Below, piece by piece: positions 17,030-29,300 of a DNA stretch of 64,000 bases. The first letter of the stretch is position 1. Each line of letters starts with the position of its first letter. The translations under genes and the position numbers were made by a program. The DNA comes from Peribolospora baueri (Eukaryota). The DNA is taken from the NCBI GenBank assembly GCA_029717555.1, contig JAMDHS010000026.1, positions 62,001-126,000 of the forward strand, written 5' to 3'. The notes beneath the pieces were generated by a model. The model was not told where the DNA came from. It saw only the letters and a program-made list of their open reading frames with translations, and did no database searches.

Positions 17030-17583
17030 AGGCGATCATCGGTTGATCGATGCGGCGCAGACTTGTCCTCGCTTTCCATCTATCCATCTGCTTGTATTCA
17101 CTTCCGGAGCCCCGTCGATGGCGTATACATATTTTCAATTCCTTTTGATTTGCATATACCTGTCTCTTTTCCTGTTCAGCGGAGAGCGCACCCATACCAA
17201 CAACAACTCACGAAGACGGGTGGAGCCGTGGTATCGTTCATCATGTGCTCCCGGGGGTGGTGCAAGTTCGCGGAGGGAATTAAGAGTATAGCACGTTCGC
17301 ATGCATGCGAAGAAGCATCCGGATCAAACGATATGGGACGGAACGGAGGAGCGGAAAGGCGTGAACGAAATCGGGATAGGCTGCTGGCCGTTCGTCATTG
17401 GTCGTGTGAGTGGGGTCATTTCGAAGGTGCCGAATGCGTTGGGGGGGGGGGGAGGGGGAATAGGAAGCTGTACAAGCGAGGGAAAGGCCGGAAAAGGGAC
17501 CGAAAGGCGGCGGGGCCGTCGCGACCAAAAGAAAAGGAGACGAGACGAGACGAGACGAGATCCACGGCTTCGGGCGAGGCAAA

Positions 17584-20236
17584 CTAGTCTTTCTCGTTTC
17601 CATGCGAAGGCGCGTCCGTCGTCGCCGCCTCGACGTCTTCCCGGCGGACTTCGACTCTTTCCTTGCTGAGGCCGATGATGCCTGTGTGACGGTCCTTGGC
17701 GCCGTGCGAGGGGACCCAGCCTGTGGGCGTGGCGTGCAGGGAGAACGGAGGGGGAGAAGGGGAATTTTTATTGTGATCAGTACGGCGGAGTTGGAAAGGG
17801 AGAAGTGATGAGCAGGCGTCGGAGAATGGCGAACGACGAGCTCACTGGCAGAGCGCCACGGCGGGACATGGGAGGCGTAAAGCTCGTCGACCTGCTCGAG
17901 CGACAGGCCCTTGACCTACACCGTATTATGTCGGATGGCAAAAAGGAGAAAGCGGGGTTAGTTCAGATCAGACTAGTTTCCGTTCGTTTGCAAGGAACCG
18001 AACGAGTCGAACGAGCGACGCACCTCGGGGACCATGAGGTATCCGTAGATGAAGCCGAAAATGAGGCATCCGGCGAAAACGAGCATGATGAAAGGACTGA
18101 AGGACAAGGATACGCGGCGGCACGGCAAGAAGCAAGGAGAAAAAAGGAAGAAAGACGTAGTGCCGGATCAGCACCACGAAACCCTCTTCTCATCGACGCG
18201 ACCCGACGCGCAGCCTAGATCGATGTGGGACCGGAGAGCATCCATCTGGGAAACAGGCATCGCAAACGTACCCAATTTTGGCTGCGATGCGCGGGGAGAA
18301 GAAGCTGAGGAGAAAGTTCCAGATCCAGTTGGTCGTCGATCCGAGCGAGATGCCCTTTGCGCGGACGCGGAGCGGGAAGGATTCGCCGAGGTAGACCCAG
18401 GGTACAGGGCCCCAGAAGGTGGAGTAGAAGGCGATCTGAGATGGGAGAAAGGAAGGGAGCAGGATGGAAGGTGGTTGGGCGATCAGACGTCCGCTCTCCC
18501 CTTGCTTCTGTTCCATTTCGACGAAACGAGAGAAGGAAAGCGAGGGGGATGGCGACTCACGTGGATGATGGCAAACGCGATGAACGCGTCGCCAGCGCTC
18601 TTTTGCGAGGGCGTGGGCGTCTGACCGGAGGGCGCGAGGGCGTACTTGCCGACGAAGGCGACGATAAGTGCGCAGATGGCCTCGCCGAAGGAACCGATGA
18701 GGAGCGACCTGCGTCGACCGACCTTGTCGACGGAGATGAGGGCGGGGATGGTGCAGATGACGGAGACGAGGCCGAGGACCCATTGGATCTCAAAGGCGTT
18801 CAGATTGACGCCAGAAGCCTGCGAGGCGGAGTGGGGAAGGTAGGATGGGATGGAGGAGCGTCAGCGCGCATGCCCGCCCGAAGCTTCCGATCGGAAAACT
18901 CTCGAGGAGAGCGGGCGGGCTTGCCTTGAAAAACTCGGGGCCGTAGTAGTAGTAGAAGTTCTGGCCGTTAAGCTGCTGGATCAGTTGGAGCATGCAGCCG
19001 TTCAAGGTGCTGAGGACGAAGGAGGACAAAATGCAAGGTAGGTGTCCGTAAGCGTCAGGGACGACATGACATGGCGAGCCGACGGAACTGCTCACCGTTT
19101 CCACAACTGCTGCTTCTTGCTGAAGCAGTCCAAGTAAGTGGCGCCGCCGCCCTTGTTTTCCTCCTCGATGCCCTCAATCATCTCGCGAAGGTCCTCTTCC
19201 AAGAGGGGGTCGTGGATGTCGCAGCCCCTCATCTTGGCCATGACCTCCCTCGCGCCGTCCTCGTCGTTATTCTTGAGCTTGTACCGGGGGGACTCGGTGA
19301 TGAACGAGGAGGAGAAGATAAGCATGAGACCCCAGAGCATTTGGATGCCCACAGGGATGCGCCACGAGCCCGAGTCGGTGCGGGTTTGGGAAGCCCAGTC
19401 GATGGAGTAGGAGAGGAAGATGCCGAAGATGATCATGACTGAGAGCAATGGAAAGGGTGAGATGGAGGAACGGTGCCGGTCAGCGAATTCGACCCCGCCC
19501 CACCACTCGCAGTTGGGCTCGCTCGCCTCCTCATCGACGGTACGCTGCGCCGCTCACTCTGGTAGAGCGCGACCATGGCGCCCCTGACCTGTTTGGGGGC
19601 GGTTTCGGAAAGGTAGAGGGGTACGAGGCCGGAGAGGGCGCCGACGCCAAGGCCGGCGACGAAGCGTCCGATGGTGAGCTGGACGATCGAGGTGACCGAG
19701 GCAGTCTGGATGAGGGCGCCGAGGGTGAAGATGGCGGACCAGATGATCATGCTAGTCCTGCGGCCAGTGAAGTCGGAGAGCGGCGCTTGGGCGAGGGAGC
19801 CTGTTCGTCGGAGGGTCGCCATCGTTGTCGTTGGAACAGAGCGTCAGACCAAAAATTGCTCTCCTGGAGTTGGAACCGCCGGATTCGAATGACTTCGGTC
19901 GGGCGATGAAACCGCGCTCACCGACGATGGTGCCAGCGCTGAGCAAGCTGGTGATAATACTCTGCCTGTCGGCCGTGAGCGTGCACGTGCCACTGGCGTC
20001 GCAAGTACCAAAGCGCCTCATGAAATCTGGCATGATCAAGCAGCCCGAGATGACCTTTGATTTTTGCAAAGACAATCGATGATCAGCTCTGGATCCGTCC
20101 GGTTGAGGGGTGGTGGGGGCCACGAATGGCCGATCCATGTCTGTCTGTCACGCACCCCAATGTCATAACCGAAGAGGAACCCTCCCAGGCTGATGAAGAA
20201 ACCCAAGAGCTGCGTCCTTTTCGTCGTTTTCTGCAT
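17584..20236 (-). CDS. MFS sugar porter (hexose transporter family), multi-exon, includes one GC-AG intron
   Basis: GGFLFGYDIGVISG, SDFTGRR, GRFVAGLGVG, YLSETAPKQVRG, ESPRY, QQLNGQNFYYYYG, WGPVPWVYLGESFPLRVRAKG, PEVKGLSLEQVDELY. ATG at 20236, stop at 17584-17586. Confidence 0.93.
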
Positions 20237-22030
20237 CTTTGCAATGTTATGTGGCCCAAGCGGCAGAAGAAGATGGCGGAGGAGAAGAAGATGGGAGGCC
20301 GGCGGGCGTAGAGAGTGTACTGGAAGCTGCGGTGAGGGGGAGGAAGGGAGCGGGAGGATGAAGGAGGGGGGGTGAAGGAAGGAAGGGGTGGGCCGGCGGA
20401 GGCGAAGGGGTGAGTGGGAGAGCGCGGGGGAAGAGGAGATTTGGCGGGGGAAGGTGGGGGGGGTATATATGGATTGCGGGCGCCCCCCGGGGTGGGCTGC
20501 GGGGTATAGGTCGTGGGTTAGACGGTGCGGCGTAGACATGAAACCCGGGGACGGAGGCGCAGTCGAAGTCGTGCGAGCGCACGCAGGTCAGCAGGAACGA
20601 GCTAGTCGGAGCGAGCCAGGTTTGGACTGAGCACGTCAGGACAAGCTGTGTTTCGTCTCGTCTCGTCTCGTCTCGTCTCTCCTCGCCATGGTCAGGCGAC
20701 GTCGTCGAGAAGGAAAAAGAAAGCCGGCGGTGTGCAAGTCGAGAAGCGGACCATGCGGGGACTCCGCTCCTGCCGCAGCGCATTAGCCCGGCGGTCGAGA
20801 GATTGCCGAGCCGCAGCCCGTCGGCGATCTCTCCGCTCGGTCCGGACCGGATGCCGTCGAGAGCGAGGGCGAGAGCGGCGCTTGGTGGACTCTAAGGAAG
20901 AACGATAGATACGAACGACGACGACGACGACGACGAGAGATACGTCCACTATCCCTTCCCTGACGCCTCCAACTACACGTCCTCGCATGTATCTACCTAT
21001 CGCCTACGTCACTCTCGCACGCATCACCCCGCACCACGCTTTCGCTGTGCCTGCATGGGCCCCCCGTCCAGTCACATCACGGCCGCTCGCCCTCCATCTC
21101 AGACAGACAGACAGGCAGACAGACAGGCAAAGAAATTCAGCCTCAGTGCTCCCGTCACCGCCAGCCAGCCGCGAGCGAGCGACCCGACCTCCCGAAACCT
21201 CGAGCCCCCGCGTCCGGGGATGAAGTCGCTTACGCTTACGGGCCCGAGGAAGAAGGTGACCGTAGCCGTAGCCGTACCTGTAGTAGGCTTATTACGCGAC
21301 GAGGAACCCGTGTCAGATATGTCTCTCGTTCATGCACATGGAAATGGAAGCGGGAGCGTATGTAAGCCCACGGACGAACGGACGGGCGGACAGCGGCGCA
21401 CCCACCGGCGCGGCCACGGCGCCTGCCTGATAAGCAAGCGTCTAGTCGAGGAAGCGAGGGAAAAAAGGGCATGCCAGCAAGTCCGTAGCCGTCGACATCG
21501 TGTGATGGAGCAGACAACTCGACACGACGCGACCGACCCGCATTCCTGCGTGCCGGTGTTTCAGATGCCGACGGCCCTCGCAGGGACTGACGGGGGACTG
21601 ACTGACCCTGGTCGATCTCTACCAAAGCGTCGTATCTCGAGCACATCAATCGGCGCCGCGTTCACCTCATCTCATCTCATCTCAGTGCGCGACCGCAGCG
21701 TGCTGATTGGTTGCGTCGACCGTCAAGCAGACCGACGCAAGCCGACGGCTGGGGAGGAGTAGTTTTGCATGATGCGCGGAAAAAGGGATAGATGTGTACA
21801 TGGACATACGGCATGGTCCGACTAGCGAAGAGCCGGCAGTACCTCTTTTCCGCCTCCTCCCGTCGAAACGGCAAAGAGGCGTCTGGACTCCACGAAGGGA
21901 CCCGATGGCCGACCGACAAAGCTCCATATGTAAGCTGTAAGAGCCGACCAAGCCAGCAAGGCTAAAGGAAGGAAGAGAAACCACGGACAGAGAAAGAGGC
22001 CGAAAAGAGACATATCACAGCCCCATCCCT

Positions 22031-23087
22031 TTACTCCGACGGGATCTCGACCTCGCCAGCGTCGATCTCCTCGATCAAGTCGTGCGGCGCCTTCTTGTCG
22101 ATGGTGCAGCCGACCGACTGAGCCGTACCGAGGATCTCCTTGACGGTACCGGCGAGGCTCTTCGCCAGCGACTTGCTGCGCATCGTGCGGGCAATTTCGA
22201 CGATCTCGTCCAGGGTAATGTTGCCGGAGTGCTTGATGTTCTTCTCCTTCTTGCGGTCACGAGGGGGCTCTACGGAAATTGGAGCACAGCACGAGCGGAT
22301 CAGATGAGCTCAGGAGACGTTCGCTGCAATCGACTTGAGCCTGGCGAGCATCGATAATCCCATCTTCGTCTCCAGCACCGTTGCCAGGACTGGACGACGT
22401 TGTCGAACCCATCTATCCCAACCCGGCGACGAGATCCACCAGTCCGATAGAGCTTAGCAAGCATGACACGACGTACTCACCCTTAAGCGCCCTGATGACC
22501 AGCGAGCTCGCAGAGGGGACGACGGAGACGGCCGCCTGACGGTTCTGGACCGTGAGCTGCACGGTCACTCGGAGACCCTTCCACTCGCCGGTGGCCTTGG
22601 CGATGTCTTCACCGACCTTCTTCGGGGACTGGAGGAGGAAAAGTGAACCGTGAAACGAAATAAAACGCACAAACGGGAGGAGATGGTCAGCCCATTGCTT
22701 CTCCTATTTGCGACCTCCCATTTGCTCATCTAACGTCCATTCCCATCGTCGATTCGTCGTCCGAACGAGCTCGCCTACCGCGAACGCCTATCAAGAAATC
22801 CATGCGCGGACCGTCCCAGTCCGACGCCATGCCCGCCCTCCAATGAAGCGACGAATGACCCTCCCGCCCAGCCCTCTGTCTTGGTCCATATCCGCTTCGC
22901 TCGTCCTTCCCCCCTCGCCTTGCCTACCAAGCCGACTCCGCCGCTGAAACGAAGACGAAAGGACAAGAGTACTGACCAGACCGAGAGGACCGATCTTGGG
23001 GGCGAGGGCGGACGAGGCACCGACTTCACCGCCGGTAGCCCTCAGGTAAATGATCTTGACCTCGTTGGGATCGATCTTCGGGGCCAT
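22031..23087 (-). CDS. RPL12: 60S ribosomal protein L12 (uL11), 3 exons
   Basis: [62 protein letters not shown]..|[21 protein letters not shown]. Confidence 0.97.
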
Positions 23088-23194
23088 CTTGACGAGTGTG
23101 AATTGGACGAGCAAGAAAGTGAGTAGGACGAGGTTGGCTGGATGGGCTCACGAAAACGACCATTGGGGATGGAATTGCTTCGCGGACGGCGGCG

Positions 23195-23212
23195 CACGTG
23201 ATACAACCCTAA
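23195..23212. promoter_or_regulatory. Adjacent CACGTGA (E-box) and AACCCTAA (telomere-like box) upstream of RPL12
   Basis: cacgtga at 23195-23201 and aaccctaa at 23205-23212, about 110 nt upstream of the ATG. A second cacgtg lies at 23284-23289. Confidence 0.5.
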
Positions 23213-23402
23213 CATGGCTTTGCTTCGCACGCGCCGGTCCAGGAGCTGTACAGCACCGCGCCGCTCCGCTGATGTGCGCCCACCACGTGCGCCCATGGAC
23301 AATGCTGACGTAACCCCTCATCGATCTTGCAAAGCAGAAGCGGGACATGACTTCGAAAGCGTGTAGAATACAAATACGTGTACAAAACCCCTGCGTTTCC
23401 GA

Positions 23403-25684
23403 TCAACCCATTCTCTCGCGCTTTACATCTGGCCATCGGCCCGGGACGCCTCTTGGGGTCGTATTCGCGTGAGCGAGCGTGTTCAGGGGTGGTCTCCTGT
23501 CGACGATGGGAAACCAGTGTGAGCCGGCAATGATAAGAGATGGCTAGGGGATGATGCTCGGAAGGAAACGAGAAACGACGGGTGCCACCCATCCGTTTTT
23601 GCAGACAGATCGTTTCGTTCGCTCGGTCTTGTAAGAAGCGCCGACTCACCCATCCTCCGCAGCTCTCTTGATTCCTCTCGCAGTCTGGAACCCGTGCGCT
23701 TGGGCGAGATGGGCCGCGTTCGCCGTGGTGGGCGATACGGCCCTTGGAAAAGGATCCTCGAGTCCATTCCTCCGGGCCAGCGCCTCCGTCCTCTTGATCG
23801 GACGGCTGACGCTCTGGTCGAGCGTGTACGCAGCCGCCGCTGGTGTTGATTGCGGCTGCTGCTGTTGTTGTTGTTGTTGTTGTTGTTGTTGGAGGCGGGT
23901 ATGGGCGGGTATGGGGTCAAGAGACGGGATGGAACGCGCCACTCCGTTCAGAAAGGGTCCTTCGAAAGACGCCTCATCGAGCGCCAGATCAAGGCCTCCG
24001 TCTTCGGGTTCGTAAGGACCGCCTTCGTCCACCTCAACGCAGTCCATAGCGGCCGCGAACATTTCGTCGTCTTCCGAGCCGAACATGTCTCCCACGGGCG
24101 GTCGCTCGCCGTCCGAGAGGTGCGCCGCACCGGCGAAAGGCTGCTCGCTTCGAGCAGTTGGTTGCGCTAACGACTGCCGTTCGCGGGTATTCGAGGCGGC
24201 GGCGGGTACATGTGATTGCGCTCGTTGAGGTACATGGGCTGGCGGAGGCCGGGCAGGGGCAGGTTGGGGGGGTGGACTTTGACCTGCGGGTGGCAGCTTG
24301 GCCGAACGAGCGGGCGCTGAAGGGGCTGAAGGCGAGGTCGGTCGTGGAGGCTGCTCATCGGCAGGAGCGTTACTATACAACGGCGGATCAATTGGTGGTC
24401 CTCCAAATTCAGGCCGACGATGAAGATTGTCCCTGTCAAACTTGGGCTGAAGCAGATGGCGGACGAAGGTACACCAGGTGAGTATGCACGATGGCTGGCC
24501 GGACCAGTATATGCGCTAGCAGAACGGAACTCACGGTCGCAACCTTGAGCTTGACTATTTCTGTAGTGAATGACCGGTCATAGAGGCAGTTCCTTGTCGG
24601 TGGGGAGGGGGGGAAGGAGGACAAAACAATTGAATCAACTCGGTTGAACTAACCTTGCACTTAAGCGACGATCCCTCTAGCTCACCCAAGGAGGTTTCCG
24701 AAGGTCCTCAACGCCCGCTTCAGTCCATCCGTGACGGCTTCCTTCTTGCACTAACAATTCATGCGACGTGTCCGACGGCAGGGTCGATCAATATCTCGTC
24801 AAACGTTTCGGAATGCACTCGAGGCTGCTGCAGCCGTCCCACCTTATCGAGCGCTGCTGCTTTGCTTTTCGCATTCTCCAGCGCCCCATACCCCACGTCC
24901 TCGTGATAAGAACCATCCCGAAGCGTGACCCTAACGATGGCTGTGACGCCACAGTTGTATCGACGTTTTTCCGTATCTGCATCCATCTTTGCGCAAAGGC
25001 ATCGATCGAAGGGGATCGCACCGTCAAAAAGAGGTCGTCTTCGGCGGGAGAGTCACAAGACGGATTGCTTACAAAATCTATGTTGAGGCTGGTGACGGAG
25101 GAGGACCAGCCGTTGAAGCCAAAGACCTCGTTGGCGAGATTGATGGCCTTCCATCCTATGACGAGAGCGGCTTTCAATCGCACCGTCATTATGGAGGAAC
25201 AGATGGTTCGACTCACCTTCCATGTACGTTAGCTTGGGTCCTGCGAGATGAAAGGCGGGAGTGCGATGCCAGAGTCAGACCTCGAGCCGCCTTCCAACGC
25301 CACCGGCGGCCGTTGGAGAAGTGGCATCAGATGTGCGAGCTCACCGCCAGCCGGCCCGGGCCTCTGACTTATGAATTCCGGGCCGAGCCGCTTGTTGAGT
25401 TTCGCCTGGAGCGTAGCAATCTGGCGCGCCGTACCAAGGTCCATGCCGAAGGGCAAACCCTCCGTGTCTGCGTCCTGCCCTCTCCGAGCCGAGCCTTCGC
25501 CCCCTTCGACCGGCTCCTGCTTCACGTTCACGTTCGCCGCCGCGGTGAAGGGTCCAGATGCGCCCCATGACCTCGAGCTGGGACCCGGCGCATTCAACGC
25601 TTCGTTCGACCCGCTGCCAAACGCCCCGGCGCCGTTCCTTCTGCTTGGCCCTGGTTTGGGCGCGCCTTCAAACCGATCGCGCAT
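23403..25684 (-). CDS. RAD52: Recombination mediator Rad52/Rad22, multi-exon
   Basis: [78 protein letters not shown], followed by a disordered C-terminus with an acidic patch and Q12. Last exon inferred to end PDVKRERMG* at 23403; start ATG 25684 is tentative. Confidence 0.92.
23856..23891 (-). repeat. (CAA/CAG)12 encoding poly-Gln in RAD52
   Basis: Trinucleotide repeat in frame in ORF 23646-24380. Confidence 0.9.
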
Positions 25685-26304
25685 GATTGCGGAGTGCTGC
25701 GCGGCGGATGTTGTGAATGGATAGAGGTGGTTGCAAGCGCACGCGTCCGTGGCAGTTCTAATCACGGCAGGGAAAGAAGGGCGTCGTTGCACGGCGATGG
25801 GAGGGACGACGAGGCTGAATGGCGTGGAGGTGAGCGTGAGCGTTCGGGTGAGGGAGTGGGGGAGCGAGATGGGGGACGGACGTCGACGCGTGGGACGCGC
25901 GCACTCCGCCTGCGGTCACGTTGCCAAACGAGAGAGACGCCGACGCACGGGCCAGGCAGAAAGAAACAGCGCGTGACGGTTCGACTGCGACGTTCACAGC
26001 AGTCATTCATGCTCCCTCTTTCCGGTTCACAAAGCCAACACGCCTTGAAATTCCACCTTCCCCATCTAGATACAATCATATATGTCAAGGCCACGGAAAC
26101 CTGATACGTCCATCCTTCACTCGCTGCCTGAGATGTCCACGTCCATACACGAAACCTTTTGGAGCTCCGTCCGTCCGATCTCATCCCATTCCGTCCGTCC
26201 ATCCATCCCTGCTTGGGAGACCGTGTACGTTCTTTCACACCGCAACCAGCTTTCTCCCGCCCGTGCCTCCTTCAGTGATCCGCATCCGTCTCGCTTCACA
26301 TCCG

Positions 26305-29300
26305 TCACCATTGCTGTCCTCCGCCGCCATACGGTGGGTAGCCTGGAGGGGGACCATACCCAGGAGCACCGGGGTAACCTTCCTGTCCAGGCGGGAGAGG
26401 TGCCTGAGGTTGGGGCATGCCGTAGCCACCGCTGGAGGAGGGTCGGAAGGGGGGGAAGGAAGGCGGTGGGGAGAGCCGGTCAGAGGGTGCGGTGCGGGGA
26501 AACCACTCCGTGCAAGCGCATGACCGCTCGAAAAGACCATAAACTCACGGGCCGCTCGGAGGACCGGACGGATAGCCTCCTCCGTAACTTGCGGGTCTGT
26601 TGTGGAGCGCGATGTCAAACCGTTAGCGAATATCGTGCGACGAAGACGACGAGAGGCCAGGCGGTCGCGAGAGAAGCCACTTTCGCTCACCCGTAAGGAG
26701 ACGGCGACGAAGCGTACGCGGACGGCTGTCCTTCATAGCCGCCGTACGGTGATACTCCTCCACCGGGCAGAGGCGGCCCCAGGGGTGGGAGATAACTGCC
26801 GCTGCCAGCGTCGGGAATACCATGCGGTGGAGCATAACTGCCCGGAGGCGCCTCGTTCGGCGGAGCGTATGACGAGCCTTCTCTGTTCCCCCACGGACTT
26901 CCGCCGCCGCCGCCGAAGAGCACGTTGGGCTGGGGGAAGTTAAAGCCGCCCGAGTCGTTCGACGGTCCTCCGCCGCCACCGTAACTACTAGGCGGGGGGG
27001 CATTGTACCCTCCAGGCGCGTGCGGGGCAGGCGCATGCGGGAGATGTCCGTGTGCGTGGCCCTGTCCTCCCTCCTCGCGACGGTTTCTCCCGGCTCGGAC
27101 GTGGTTCTTGGAGAGCAGCTCGATCAGATCCGGGTTCTGGCCCGCCCATTGGGCGATATAGTCCAGCATGTCTATGGGGAGAACAGAGGTGCGGGTGGGA
27201 CGATTCATGTCAGACGAGATGAAACGCTAGGAAATGCAGACTGTGCGGAGAGAGGTGGGGGCACATGTACCCTTCTGAACCTTGCTGCGACCATCGTACC
27301 ACGCCGGGTGGAACATGGCCTGCGCGCGATCGTACGTACGCGAACAACTTTGGTCATCTCAAGAAGACGCGGGATGAAAATGGAGAGGTGGGAAGGAACG
27401 ACTCACTTCCAAACACTCGTCTCCCACTCGTCGAGGGTCGATGCTGGGGTCGTCCCACGCCGCTACGATTTTGGTGACAGCCTAAAGAACACACGGATCG
27501 AATCGTCAGTGCCGTTCAAGCCCCCGATAATGACGGGCGGGTCGGCATACTCACATGTCGGACGATGATCTTGGCGACGCTGTCAGAGGAGGAAAGACCA
27601 TTGGACAAAGGATGAGATGAATAAGCGTCTTTCATCGAGGTAACCTCAAAGCTCCACAAAAGTCCAACCGGCCATATCTCACTTTCCCGCAACCTCATTC
27701 CTGAGCGCGAGCGAAAGCGAAGAAAAAACACAGCGTCAGCCGGGGGGGCAGGATGTATGTGGACATCGATCTTTGAGGGGAGGAGGATGCTCACAGAAAG
27801 AGACCGAAATGGTCCTTGGACAAGATCGAATGCGTGGGGTCACTCGCGTTGGGGTTATTGAACACCTCGTACTGGTCCTCCTTGTTGATCACCTGCGAAG
27901 AGCCTTTCTGGAGCGCTTCCGTGGCCTGTTTCATCAGCGGCTTGATGTAGGGATCAATGGCTGTGAAGACCCACACGGTGATCGCGTCATGGACCTGTCG
28001 AAGGAGGAGGCGACATGGCGGGCCGGGAAGACGTCGTAAGCGGGACCGGACTTTGAACGTACGTCCCCGGCCCTCCGTCCGAGCTCGGCGCAAGTCACTA
28101 AGACGGCGCACCTTCTGAACCAGAGCTCTCAACCCCGGGATCTTCTCGATGAACACCTCGATCGTCTTGACGATCCGATCTCGGAGCTCAAAGATCTTCC
28201 AGAGCGTCTCGTGAATCTCCTGGGGCGACATGGTCATCGGGTCCCTCGACGGCCCTTCGCTCAGCACATTCACCTCGCTGGCGTCGCGGCTTAGTTCGCC
28301 TCCGCGGACACCCGGCACGCTCGCGAGTTGGTTGAGTAGGGACGTTACGTTGATCCCCGAGCTCCCCTTTGCGCTGCGGCTCGTCCCTCCTGCCATGGAA
28401 CGAGCGCGCGCCCCGTCGATGGCCTTGGACAGGTCAGAGACCGACGCTTCTGAGAGGTGGTCCGTGGCCTCGCCCAGGAGACTGTGGATGAAATCAGCCG
28501 AGCCGAAGGTGCCTGGTGGCGGAAGCGATTGGCACAAAGGTGAGTGGGAGCCTCCCCCTCGATTCGTGGGAAAAAAGCTGATGGAATTCACCAGTGACGA
28601 GCGGCGCGACACTCTGCCCGTTGGGCGCTTGGACCCTGACGTGGTCTCCGACGTGAGAAAACACGTTTCGATGGCCGAGTTGGATGAGCGCCAGCTCGCA
28701 CCAGTTGCTATGGGCGGGGAGGTCTGCGCAAGCCGGATCGATCAATTGCGTATCAGCAGCGTCGCTACGGGGCTAGACCAAGATGCTTGGGCTGTGCGAG
28801 AAGAGGAGCTAGGCACTTGCCTTCGAGAGTGTGCAGTAGCTGGCCCAGTAGACGGAAGGCCTCGTACTCATCCCTAGAACAATGGACGAACATATTCCTA
28901 TTAGTTCAGTGACGACAGCAAGGATGTACTGGAGGTGACGAGAACAAACTGACTCCTTCCTACCCCCGTTCCGGAACCGCCTGGCGTGGTCTATGCACTT
29001 CGCAATGGTACGACGAATCTGTGCAGGCGATCGATGAGATGACGTCGACGAGAAAAGGAGTCAATTCACTCTGCCACACGACTCACCAGCGCCGAGCTAG
29101 TGTCCCAATGACCCGACTCGTTAGCGATGTAGTTCTTGATGCCGGTTCGGGGGTCGATCTCCAGCTCGCGACGGTCGACGGGAGGACGCAGGTTGGGGTT
29201 GTACCTGCGAGGGTCCTCGCCTTCGCCGTAGCCTTTGGGGTTGTCGATGTGCTCGGTGGGGCTGACATGGAAAGGAGGGGGGGAAGGCATAGAAAATGAG

